Source of the DNA: Podarcis erhardii
Lineage: Eukaryota
DNA length: 64,000 nucleotides
Reading direction: 5' to 3' (one strand)
Assembly (NCBI GenBank): GCA_964252035.1
Contig: OZ176203.1
Below the pieces are notes generated by a model. That model saw only the letters and a program-made list of their open reading frames with translations, had not been told where the DNA came from and made no database searches. Shown one piece after another: positions 48,413 to 60,240 of this stretch; position 1 is the stretch's first letter, and every line of letters begins with the position of its first letter. The position numbers were made by a program, and so were the translations under genes.

Positions 48413-51400
48413 GCTTCAAAGTTGAGGTGGATGCACACGTTTTTGGGAGGGAGGGGATTTTGGAAGGCCTGAGGCTACTCAGACTTGAGTGTGTCAAGCC
48501 AAAATGCCCTGACAGCCATTGTCTGACCTTCTCTCCTGGACATAGAACTTCTCCTTTTACCAGTGTTTCACATTTAGAGCACAAGTAGTGTTTGTCAGCA
48601 TTGAGCTCTTCTTCAAGTGGCACTTTTTTGAGGGATAGTTCTTTTTTCCCCCACAGGCAAACTGTTCCACAGTGTGCTTCCTGCAGACCTTTAGCTAAGA
48701 CTCACTATCAAGGCTTGTGTTTAAAACGTTTCCCCTTGTTGTTTAATAGGAAGATGGAATTGGAAGAGCTCAGAGGCAATAAATGTCTTCCTTTATAACT
48801 AGCTGATCCCTAGAGAAGAGAGAACAGGTTCCCTTACTCCGGACAGAATCTGGCGAGGAAATCCTTTTGTCTGCTGTTGGTGGGATTGGAATTAATCCTA
48901 AACTAAAACTTGGATTGTAGTTTCTGAAGTCTTTTTTTTTTTAATAGTGCTGGTTTAGCAGCCCTGCAAAGGAAGTAGGCAGCAATACAAACCTTTTCTT
49001 ACAGTGCCCTGCCTCCCACTGTGCTTCATATTCTGCCCACTATTATCATACTGATAAGAGGGGCTTGAGCTTCTGTGCCCTGCATATTCCTAAGAGCCTC
49101 AACATGAAGTGCCACCACTTTTTCCACTTCTGCTAACTGTGCTGGTGATTTTTTTTCATAACGAACATGTCCCCTCTAGAAACTGGATGGAGACTGCTAG
49201 ATGTTCTTAGGTGGATCACAGGTCTACCTAACTCAAGGACCAGAAGGTCTAAAATTGAGGCAGAATCCTCCTTGTACAAACATTCCTGACTTGGGGCAAG
49301 TAGAAAAAAGTCACAGAGAGCAGTGTGCCATGACAGATTAAGGTGCACCATGACAAAGACCCCTGCAGATCAGTGAACAAGGGTCCAGATCTGCAGCTTG
49401 TTATTGGGGAACTTACACAATTGGTTTTGCAGCCACCAAGTAGACTTTGGCATTGATCAGTGTCTGCAGTTGTAACTCAGGGTAGGGGTAAGGAGGGAGG
49501 GAGAAATACAGTGGATATACGTGGGGGCTAGTGCTTCTTTTCTGGATTCCCTTGTGCATGCCGCATAGTGCAGCTTATCCTTTGCTGACACACTAGGATA
49601 AATGATCATGATAGGGATCTCTGGTGCTAAAGTAGAGGGATCTAGATCTTGTCTTCCACATACCTTTATCCCTTATCCAAGGAGCTGCCCCTGTGACTTA
49701 AGGCATCTAAATCTTCCAGCACAGCCAGCATATCTAAGCAATAAGAATTCACAACAGATGCATTTTCCAGAAAACTTTAGGCATTAAACATGTGTGACTT
49801 GAGTCAAGCCTAAGACTGAACGTTCATGCAAAGAGCAAATAGTCATTCTACTCTATTGTGCTTGGAGGTGAAGTTGACCTGCAGAGTAAACTGGTTAATA
49901 CAAGTTGAATGGAGATTGTGCACATACACAAGGAGGCATGCAGGATGTTATGCGTGTGAACATCAACTTAACACATTCATCTGAAGGCACAAATGGTGTT
50001 CACAAATCACCAGTTTCAGCTTGCATTGACTCCAGTGTAAGATTGTGCATATTGCTAGGTTTGCAAGCTTTAATTCTGGGGTGTCCAAACTGAGATTCCC
50101 GAAAGGTTCCTTGAGAGCTACAGGAACCCGCTGGAAATCTGCAAACTTTAAAGTTGTATGGAGTCGACATGGCTAGAGTCCTCCAGAAGGCTTAGTAAAT
50201 ATGAGAGTTCTGGTTGGCTGACCATGGTAATCTGCCCCTTTGGGGCCTTCTCTGTGGCAAACCGTTTTTGCACTTGACATTTAGAGCATTGCCCCAGGTG
50301 GCTTATATTTAATCCGACATCCCACTCATCTAGACAAATCCTATGTCTTAACCTTTCATATTGCAAGCTAATGTTTTAGTTGCATTCTCCACATTGTAAG
50401 ACTTATTTCTTTCTTTTTTAAAGTGGAGCAGAAGCAGTTGTCTAAAGCACAAATTATCCTTCCATGCATATTGTGTCTTGAGTCTTTCTGTTCTCACATT
50501 TTGAGGGATAAACAAAAACATTTAAATGCAATAATTATGAAATGGCTTAGCCCAGGAAAGTTTGATTTTCTTTGAACACTTATTGCACACTTTGCCTCTC
50601 CATGGAAAGAAACTCAGGGTTATTTTGGTTCAGGGATTCCCTGCCTTTCATAGCAAGGTTCTCTCAAGTTGTTGCCCAAGCTTCTTAGACCAGAGGGTGG
50701 GGAGCTATTTTTCTTCTAAACAAATCTGGCTGATAGGTTCAACTGCTCCTTTTGATTTGGGATTATGCTTTCTCCCTTGTACTTAAGTATACCTTGAAGT
50801 AGTACCACTCCAGAGTCTCCTTCCAATTGTGCCAATTTTATATTGTTGCTCTTTTTAAAAAGTAGCTCTTCTGTCTCTCCAGAAAATATTTGTTGCTTCT
50901 GTTTTGTGTTAACTCTCTCTGGTATCTCTGTGGAGAAGAAGTTGCATGGGATTCAGTTAGGTGTTCAACAGTATTTGTCAGAGTTGCAGTCATGGAATCA
51001 ACAGTCAAACATTCTAAGGGCTCCTGTCAATCCTGATTTGTCTCTTTCCATGCTTCTAGCTCACAGTTGGGAATTCAGGACATTTGGAACACGAATTGGG
51101 TAACATTTCAAAAGCATCTTTCTTAAAGGACAGGAAATCTTTTTGGTTGATTTTGAAAGAAAGGTTTTAGGCACAGCTCTGGAAGCTTTTAAAGAAATGT
51201 GTTCAGCATGGCTTTGGAAGATATGAGTTGAACAGTTAAACGATGCTGTGTAATGTGTTTTTTACATTGAGAATAAATTGTCTTTTTATAAAATCGTGTT
51301 CTGTGGTCATTGTGTTAAATTACATCTTCCTCTCCTTTTATATGTGGTGTTCAGTGTACTTTATGCTTTACCACTGCTTGGAGTGGTGTATTATCCCATT

Positions 51401-51440
51401 TTAGTCAAAGGAAAATAAAATAATGTTGTTGCTTGTCTAT
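48413..51440 (+). other. PTGFRN: Probable PTGFRN 3' UTR (~3 kb)
   Basis: Follows the stop codon, is poor in recognisable transposons and ends at AATAAA signals with a downstream GT-rich tract. The end coordinate is approximate. Confidence 0.6.
51272..51419 (+). terminator. Candidate polyadenylation signals (AATAAA 51272-51277 and 51414-51419)
   Basis: Two canonical hexamers; the second is followed by tgttgttgcttgtct (GU-rich). Confidence 0.55.
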
Positions 51441-51836
51441 GCTGTCAAAAGCAGCCCTGATCTTCATTCTTGACCAGTCCCCTATATTGGAATGTCAATA
51501 TTGCTGCATCCTGCTCTAAAATGATGCACTGGAGATCTCAAAATCACCATTAGTTGATGCTTTACAGTCCGTTCTATATTGACTTGAGATGCCCCTGTAA
51601 TGTTTTTCTCTCAAAGGGTTTTTTTGTTTTGTTTACAATCTCTTGCTTTACATAATTAGCACATTACCACAATTGTACCAATATCATTATTGAATTTGCC
51701 AAACAATAACAAATTGTCCCAGAACTTTGTTGATATGCTTGTTCTTTTACTATACACATTCAAATTCTACTGAGTCCGAAGTTGAATAGTTAGGATAGTT
51801 AGGTTGATTTGCTAGGTTCAGTGATATATTTTGGTA

Positions 51837-52061
51837 CAGTGATACCTCGGGTTAAGTACTTAATTCATTCTGGAGGTCCGTTCTTAACCTGAAACTGTTT
51901 TTACCTGAAGCACCACTTTAGCTACTGGGGCCTCCCGCTGCTGCCATGCCACCAGAGCACGATTTCTGTTCTCATCCTGAAGCAAAGTTCTTAATCCGAG
52001 GTAATATTTCTGGGTTAGCGGAGTCTGTAACCTGAAGCGTATGTAACCCGAGGTACCACTG
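51837..52061. mobile_element. Tigger-like MITE (third copy of the 13491 family)
   Basis: TA-cagtgatacctcgggtta...taacccgaggtaccactg-TA. Confidence 0.9.
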
Positions 52062-53018
52062 TAGCAGTTTTGTTCAGGGAATGGTACTCAGTATATTTTG
52101 AGTCTGGGGCAGTGAGCTTCAGCAGGATCTTTCTGCCGTATGTAGGCTGCAGTTTTGAAACTGATCAGATGAACTTCATGGGAGGGTTGTTTCCAGCTAC
52201 TCCACACCTTGCCTTTGCAAGCGGCTACAGGAGATGGACACTGAGCAATATCATGGGAGAGGTGTTTCTGGTACTAAGATGAAACTGCAACTCTCCTTTG
52301 CTAATGGATGCTGCTTGTTGCTTAAGTAATGTGGTTTTTTTTTTGTTTTTTTGTATGTTACTATATTCACTGTTGCTTTGCTACATCATTACGAAATTGT
52401 TGTAACATGTATTCCTGCTTTCTTTGCCATAAGCCGCTTGGAATATGATTATTATTTTTTTGCAGAAAAGTGGCATACAAATAAAACGAATGAGTGATGT
52501 GTTGAATAAGCTGGTAACGGGCGAAATTGAGTTAGATCTGTGCCTGTGTGGCAATGAAGCTCATTAGCTAAGCCACAGTTAAGTGGGCACATGTTTTGGG
52601 ACTCTGGTCATGACCTGTTTCCCTTCTTATCCAGAACTGCTTGCAATTTTCTGCTCAAGATGAAGACAAGCGAAGGCATCTCTATATATCTTGACAGTTC
52701 AAGCTGCGTATCAAAATCTGCCAAGAGGCCTTGCAGATATACTCCTCTCAAGCCCTAATTTCCTTACCACTTACTTGCTTTTGTTCTTCTTTGCTTCACT
52801 TTGCTTCTTTTTCTGACAGATGAATTAAGTGGAATGGCTGGATGCAGAGGATGGCAGAGCTGCTGTTTTATTAATGATTATGTAGAAGAGGAAACTTGGG
52901 CACATAAAGCTTTTCTCATCCCTGAACGGCAAAGTCCTGCTGACAAAATTGCCTCTCTTACACTGGGATGGTCTGGATCTGGGAGGGTTTTTGTGGAATC
53001 CCTCGTCATAGTCAAACC

Positions 53019-53154
53019 CAGGCACAGGCAAACTCCGGCCCTCCAGATGTTCGGGACTACAATTCCCATCATCCCTGACCACTGGTCCTGTTAGCTAGGG
53101 ATGATGGGAATTGTAGTCCTAAACATCTGGAGGGCTGGAGTTTTCCTATGTCTG
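53019..53154. mobile_element. hAT-type MITE, 136 bp, strongly palindromic
   Basis: TIRs caggcacaggcaaact / agttttcctatgtctg; 8-bp TSD gtcaaacc / gtcaaccc. Confidence 0.85.
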
Positions 53155-54451
53155 GTCAACCCACTTCCTGTAGGGATGTAGACTTGCTTCAGCAATTTCC
53201 TTCCTTAGGGGCGGTGGACCTACTGGAATGGTCTTCCCCCAGAGGCTTAAGGAATCTGAATCCTTCCTGTCTGCTTCTGGAGAGATTGCACTTGTCATGG
53301 GCTGTAGCTCTTGCTGAAGTCCTAGTTGCTGTGGGGCAGAAATGGGGAATCCCCCCCCCCAACCATAGGGCGCCTTGACTTCTGGGCAACCCTCCAGTAG
53401 CCAAATGCCAGTGCTGGTGGCAGGGAGGAGAAGCAAAAGTGGCTGGAGGAGCTAATGTGCATTTTACATTTGAACACCCTTCTCTGTCCTCCATCTTGGC
53501 ATGCAAGGACGAGTTCTAGCTGGGCAAAAGCATTCAAGGAGGGTGTGAAGCAGGAGAAGTGAAGTGTGTGGCCTTAGAAGGAGGAGTGGTCTTAGGAGAG
53601 CCCTGAGGGCAACTTAAGAGGCTTGGAGGCCTGCGCTTCCTCCCCTCTGTTCTAGGGGACTGAAGACCACTTTTGAATGGGCAGAATTGGGCGCTGTCCT
53701 GTTGAGCCCACTCACCTCCCTGGTTTACTAGAAAGCGAGGAGAAATGAAAGGTAGGGAAGATGGGGAGAACGTAAGTGGCAGGCAGCAAGTTGCAAATCT
53801 GATCACACAACTCATAGCTCCATGGCTGTGAAGAAGCAATACTTTTCCACCACCGCTGTATCTGGAGGGTGTTCTGCTGTGGAGTTTTTACAAGTGGCTT
53901 GAGGGTCCGCTCCAACTTGGCGCTCAGAGGCATACTGTGAGATGTGTTGATTTGAGGCCAATTTAGGGCCAATTAATGTTAAGACATTGGTCAGGTGAGC
54001 ATTGACAGTCCTTCCTTTGAAGCTAAACGTAATCTGTAAAAAAATACTTTTTCACTGTATCTCCTTCATAGACTAGCAGGTTTCACCCCCACCCAAAAAA
54101 AGATTCACATGTGCCATTATCTTAAGGGATGGGCAGACGTTTTGGCAAGGGATGATTAGCTGCATTTGATGAGCACCTCAAACTAGTTATTTCCACACAA
54201 AGGAAAAGGTGGTTGTTACTTTGAGATCCATATTTCCTAGGATTCACACTTGAGCAGGCAGCCTTAGAAAAGCATGGATTGTGTGCAAGGTTTATAGCGG
54301 GTGCGTAACAATAGATTAAGAAGGGGGAAGGGCTTGCCACAGAGAAGTGCTCATCCTGTGTCGTGCTTGCTTCTTGTGCTGAAACTGAATTGACAGCCCA
54401 CATCCTCTGTTTAATCACATTGATGATACTACAGTGCTCTGAACTACTGTA

Positions 54452-54785
54452 CAAAAGTGTCTTTGAAAATGTAGTATAAACACTGACAACTTGGAAACAC
54501 TGGCCTGCGAGGGCACCAGTTGGAGAACAGCCTTTACCAAAGGTGTCATGGGCTTTGAAGACATTCAAACTCAGGACACAAAGGAGAAATGTGCTAGGAG
54601 GAAGGCATGTTTCGCAAATCCACACCATGATCAACTCCGGCGCGGAAACCAATGTCCCCACTGTGGAAGGATGTGTGGATCCAGAATTGGCCTCCACAGT
54701 CACTTACGGACTCATTGTTAAAACCATGTTTATGGAAGACAATCTTATGGAAGACACGGCTACAAGTGATTGTCAAAGAATTTGT
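54452..54785 (+). mobile_element. RTE-clade LINE 3' fragment
   Basis: WETLACEGTSWRTAFTKG...CPHCGRMCGSRIGLHSHLRTH matches the RTE ORF C-terminus with its terminal C2H2-like motif. Confidence 0.8.
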
Positions 54786-56023
54786 GGGAATTGTAAGCAC
54801 ATTCCTATAGCCCTGCCTGGGGAAAATTCATGGCTAGGGAGGGAACTCTTCCATGTTCCAGAGTCTTAGAAATTAGTTTTGGCACCAATGAAATGATTTA
54901 TATGCCTAATTCTAAAATTGTATGGCCACAAAGACTGCAATCAAGATATCTTTGATGGTGAATAGCATAATCCAAGGGACTAAGCCATTCAAAATTTGGA
55001 ATGACTTTTGAGTCCCAAGAGTGGAATCCGGATTCTGTCACAGGCCCATAAAAATCCCTATATTTGACAAATAACCTCTGAGGGAGTCTGTCCTTGACTC
55101 ACGGTATCCACTAGATCCTACAGATGGGCATACATGTGCTTGTTTCATCTGCTTCTCCATAGGAACACTGGGGCTGAGTTAGGGGTTTGCTATTTGAGGC
55201 TGACCCTCATGTCTCCTCACTGCCACTATACGTTATTAGACACTTTCAGCATGGTGTTGATTGAAGCTGCTTGTCTACTGAATATAAAGCATTGAGGGGA
55301 AACCTTGAAAACATGACCAAGTCTAATTCTATGTCAAATGTTTGCAAGGAAGAACAAATGAAGTTTTGTTCTAATAAACGTTCGACTCTTTAAGGCACTT
55401 GTAGCTTTTGAGAGGGTCTGAATCGTTCTTCCTGAACGAAGCTTAGCCTTCGTGTGAAGTGAATGAGATGCACTGAACTACGATGCGCAATCTGCCCCGT
55501 AGCTGTTACGTTTCTTTGTTCCAGAGTTGTTTTAAATCTCTGTGTTTAGATACAGGTCAGTTTATGCAGCGGAAAGCTTCGGGTTTCTCTCTTCTTTTTA
55601 CTATTGGTTGATCCATCTACTTTCCTTTCAGAAAGCACAAACGTGAATGAATATAAAAAAGCTCAGACCTGATCAGAGGCGTTTTTAGAAAGGGAGGAAA
55701 AAAGAACTCCAGGCTTCCAGACAAAGCTGTTCAAAATCTAATGGACCTTGAGAAATAGAGGCAGACGCCTGTGGGTAGTCCCTTCTAAGCAAGTTAAATT
55801 TTCAGAGCAGCAGCAGGAAGAGAATCCAGTTTATATTGTGTGGGGGGCTCTATTAACAATCTGAAACAAAATAATCACTTAATGCTGATGGGAATGAAGA
55901 GAAGCTGCTGAAATCAAGTTAGCAGTAGGACTGATTTGTATATGCATATTCATCACTTGATTGCCTGTATCCATTAAAACAGGTGATGTTCACTCTCTTA
56001 GGATCATGTGAACAAGCCTTTGC

Positions 56024-56201
56024 CAGTGCTTTTTTTATGGGGGAACACAAGGGTGCACATACCCCTAAACATTTTGTGAATCTTTGCACTTTTGTCCATT
56101 TGCTGCATTTATTTTTCCCAATTTGAATTATAAAATGGTGATTTTCTTGAGTCAAAATGCGAATACCCCTAAACATATTTTTTTAAAGAAAAAAAGCACT
56201 G
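56024..56201. mobile_element. hAT-like MITE with TIR cagtgcttttttt
   Basis: TIRs, subterminal tacccctaaaca repeats, related copy at 61922-62067; TSD degenerate (5/8). Confidence 0.7.
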
Positions 56202-56239
56202 GTAATTGCTATATATGCAGCAATCTTTTCTAGGAGTCC

Positions 56240-56415
56240 AACAGACTCCCTCCAACAGACTCTGCTCTGAAGGCAGCCCTGTTTAGGCAAGTTTTTAATG
56301 ACTGGTGTTCTAATGTATTTTTAATCTTTTGTTGGAAGCTGCCCAGAGTGGCTGCGGAAAACCAGCCAGATGGGCGGGGTATAAATAATAAATACATCAT
56401 CATCATCATCATCAC

Positions 56416-56457
<42 letters not shown>
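56240..56457 (+). mobile_element. L2 LINE 3' end with a (CAT)n(TAT)n microsatellite tail
   Basis: ggaagctgcccagagtggctgcggaaaaccagccagatgggcggggtataaataataaa followed by a compound repeat at 56395-56457. Confidence 0.85.
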
Positions 56458-56458
<1 letters not shown>

Positions 56459-57477
56459 TTATTCCAAGTCCTGACTGAAGATAAATATGTTGGATTACAA
56501 AATGACTCCAGTCTAACAACAAAAGTTATTTTATTGATCCCCACAATGTTAATGTGAATTCCTCATTGGGCTCTTCCAAAATCTAGAAATCACTGTCTTC
56601 CTGAAATTCTGCTGCTTTGGGGTTGCTGTCGCTGTCTGAAATTTGCCTTATCAAGTTGTTGTTCTCTGCTGGGGTTTTTTTAGATGAATAATAATTGGTG
56701 GCTGTGCATACTTTTAAATCCTGCCTTTTTAATAGTCATTTAATTTCCCCCTTCTAAATCTTCTGCTTCTAGAAATGCTGTAATGGAATCCAAGCTTCTG
56801 TCAATCTAATTAGTTTTGAAATGCAAGTATCTCCAGAACTTAGAGACCTAAATAAGCAGCTTAATATTAAAATCCAGCTTCTTTCCCTAGCACTTAATAC
56901 TTTTTATAGCAAAACTGGAATTATTGTTAAACAGGACTCTTATTCCTCCTGCCTCCATGACAAATGGAGCAAAATGACCATAATAATATGTCATGAGGTT
57001 AGAGGGAAGGTGACCAGTTACCTGTGACACCCCTTCAGCTCCGACCATCTGGAAGCTGAACTTTTTAAAGATTATGATTCTTAATAAGATGCTAATGCAG
57101 CTGCAAATCCCAATACAGACGAGATTTAAACATGTTATGCAATACTTTATAATACCATGCTAACGCCTAGTTAGGCAAGTCCAGCAGTGGATAAAAGTGA
57201 GGCAGAAATCTTTTTTATTTTTATTTTTTGCAAATGCTACCATAAAATGAGCAGTCCTTTTGTAATGAAGTTTTTAACAGCAACAGCAGCTTATATTGTG
57301 CATCCCTCTTGGATACTCTTTGTTTTTTAAATTGCCAGGAGATCCTCCATTTCCCTTTTAAAACAACACAGTTTTGTCTACAGTTGTGATATATTCAACA
57401 AGAAAGAAAATGTGTTCTAATGACTCTGAAATCTAGCAAGATCCAGAGAAGCATGGTTTTTTAGACCCTTATGTACA

Positions 57478-57737
57478 CAGTGATACCTCAGGATGCGAAT
57501 GGGATCCGTTCCGGAGCCCCGTTCGCATCCTGAATGGAATGTAAGACACGACGGAGTGTCTGTGCATGCACGGGTCGCATTTTGCAGCTTCCGCGCATGC
57601 ACGTGACATCATTTTGAGTGTCTGCACATGCGCGAGTGGCAAAACCTGGAAGTAATGTGCTCTGTTACTTCCGGGTTGCCACAGTGCACAACCCGAAAGC
57701 GCTCAACCTGAAGCACATTCAACCCGAGGTATGACTG
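57478..57737. mobile_element. Second Tigger-like MITE family
   Basis: TIRs cagtgatacctcagg / cccgaggtatgactg, 3' TA, internally palindromic. Confidence 0.8.
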
Positions 57738-58329
57738 TACTTGCTAAATATCAGGCAGTTGCAGGCATGGAGTAGACAGGGTGTCACTGAAGGGGCCCTA
57801 TCTTTTATCACCGGTGTATTCTGCAAAGTGTTCTTTGCACAGTATTAGTGCAGTAGGGCTGGATTTATTCTGCTTCAGCTTGCTGGAGAAGGTAAAGCGT
57901 AACGAAAACGGGACAAAAATAAACCAGAGCACTTGTGGTGTTAAGAAAAAAACCCCTAATGGACTTCAGCAGGAAGTGACATGATAGGCAGTTACTGGAA
58001 ATGAAGCAATGTAACCACCACAAAACTTTTTGCAGGCACAATCATTACTGAAAGCAGGATCGTGTGTGACTGCCCCAAATAGCATCATGCTCGCAAGTAA
58101 TCATGAATGTGCAATAAAAAGGATGTCTGGAGAGGTTCCGAGTTGGGAGAGCGTCTTTCGCTAAAGGCATAGAAGAGCTGATGCATGTTTGGCTTGAAAG
58201 TAAAAGGCAGATTAAGATAAGTTCTTAACTGGAAACAAAATTATTTGAGGGGGAGGGGGAAGTGTCCATGACATCAGAGATATTTCCTTTTGCAGAGACT
58301 TGAGAGAGTTACCTTTCATGTAACAAGTG

Positions 58330-58560
58330 GTAGTACTGATTTTATGTTGTTTCTTTATTAAGTTCGTATGCTGCTCTTCATCCAAAGATCATAAGGTGGC
58401 TCGCAACAAAAAAATCAAAACTGAGAACATAAAATACATAAAAAAAGAAAAACCTTTCCACAAACAGAGAGCCACCACAGAAAAGGCCCTTTCTCATGTT
58501 GCCACCACCTGGACCTCTTGTGGATGAGGAACATGAAGATTGAGAGCCTGGCCTGCCGCA
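58330..58560 (-). mobile_element. Old L2 3' end
   Basis: tttattaagttcgtatgctgc...ggtggctcgcaac...gagccaccacagaaaaggccct on the reverse strand. Confidence 0.55.
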
Positions 58561-58892
58561 TTACCAAGTCTGCCATGCCACTTTCCTTGATGACAGCAAG
58601 ACCTTCTGGACAAGCTATCAGCTTACAAATTTCCTCTCTGCAGTCATCAAAGGCACTGGACAAGAAAGAGGAACATGTTTCCCCCTCTTCAGAAAGACAA
58701 GAGTTGGTCCTTGTAGTTGTATATTGTGCACACTTTTGTAATGGCACTTAAACCTGAAACTGTCAATTCCCTTAGTATCCAAGTGCCTCACATAGTTTAT
58801 GTATCCATCCTTATAATGTATTTATCCTCACTTATCATGGTTATCTCTTACTAGCAACAAGACCCATTCAAGGATGACAGGAATATCAATTT

Positions 58893-59003
58893 CCAGAGTG
58901 GTAGTTGTGTTCATATGTTACAGCAAAAACAAGAGTCTTATGGCACCTTAAAAGCTTATGCCAAAATAAATTGTTGTGGGTCACAGGCTGCTTCATCAGA
59001 CAC
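58893..59003 (-). mobile_element. Older Penelope-like pLTR remnant (different family) with a decayed hammerhead
   Basis: ggtagttgtgtt...cagcaaaaacaagagtcttatggcacctta...cttcatcagacac is similar to the young copies and to recalled reptile Penelope pLTR consensus. The reverse strand has CTGATGAAG. Confidence 0.6.
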
Positions 59004-60109
59004 AAGATGTGTAATCCTGAGTTAGGTATACGTATACACATGGTTAGAAGTAGGAGAGATTGTTAAATAGTGAGGTCAGGGGAAAATTTATTACAGAAAG
59101 GAGAAATTATGAATGGTTTCTATTAATACCATAATTATCAAACAGTTTTTGTTAACTTAGGCATCCTGGCATTGGTAAGCAAATTAACGCTTGTAGTATG
59201 ATTATTATTTTTAAGGAACCTTTGATCCCTATTCAAGCCACAGGTGATAGAATGGAATCCCTTGTTGAATTGCTGTTTCATGTTGCTGCTGCCCTGTTGG
59301 AAGTTGCTTTGTTCAAGAATTCACTCATTCATTCATTTTATTTGTATGCCATTTTTCCATACAAAAAGTCATGCTCAAAGCGACTTACAACAAAGGAAAC
59401 AGGAATAATTTTCAAACTCTACGAGAACAACTTCATCATAACATAGCAAAACAATAGCAAATATAACAACATACAAAAAACCCACATTTCAATACTATAA
59501 ATATAACAAGATTACTTAAACAACATGCAACGTTCAATAGCAAAAATAACAAGGGAGCTTCACAGTTTCACCATTGTCCTAGAAACACCCCTCCCATAAA
59601 GAACGACCACTTTATAGTTCTAGAACACGGATGGAGAACCAATTTGGCTCCACCGGCCAGATCTTTACCTGGCCCTATCTCCACATGCCAATGTAGGCAG
59701 GTGGCTGGGTCAACCCACCTGTCAGTTATGACATCAGATGATTGGCGAGTGGTTTGTCCCACCCACCTGTCCAAATCTCTTTATCAGCAGCTCTCAAGCA
59801 CTTGGGGCTGTGCCGGCTCTTTGGGAAGTGCCAAGCATAGGGCTGGCAAAGCACTTTGCATAGCTGTTCCCGCTTGATAGCCACATGGCTGTCAGACACT
59901 TAGGAACCACAGTTGGATCACTGCAATACAGCAAACAGGTGCTGGGCCTGCTTTCCCTTTCAAATGCACGATTGGGAGTGTACTTTAAGGCTCCCAATTG
60001 TGAGCTCGCAGCTGTGTCTCTGCCTGCCCTGCACCTGATGCCACATATGGGCATGATTTTGGAGGAATGGCCTTGCAGGCCAAATTTGAACCCTTGGCAG
60101 GCCATGTTG

Positions 60110-60240
60110 GGCCCACAGGCTGGAGCTATCTAGGATTTCAGGCAGGGGTCTCTTCCAATCCTACCCAGAGATGTCTGAGACTGAACCTGGGACCTTGTGC
60201 ATGCAAAGTGGATGTGCCATCTCTGAGCTTCAGTCCTTCA
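60110..60240 (-). mobile_element. tRNA-derived SINE (Squam3-like)
   Basis: The reverse strand gctcag...ctttgcatgcacaaggtcccaggttcagtctcagacatctc...cctgcctgaaatcct contains A/B-box-like motifs. Confidence 0.75.

Noticed and set aside
54122-54703. 193-aa ORF on the - strand
   Set aside because: It is largely antisense to the RTE LINE fragment and has no recognisable domain.
55564-55606. MQRKASGFSLLFTI as a CD101 signal-peptide exon
   Set aside because: The length is plausible but the donor G|gttgat is very poor, and no downstream Ig exon lies in the window to support it.
56230-56557. Poly-Ile/Met ORFs resembling TM proteins
   Set aside because: They are translations of the (CAT)n(TAT)n microsatellite tail.
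57858-57891. Hydrophobic AGFILLQLAGE before an AAG|gtaaag donor as a first coding exon
   Set aside because: There is an in-frame stop just upstream and no ATG.
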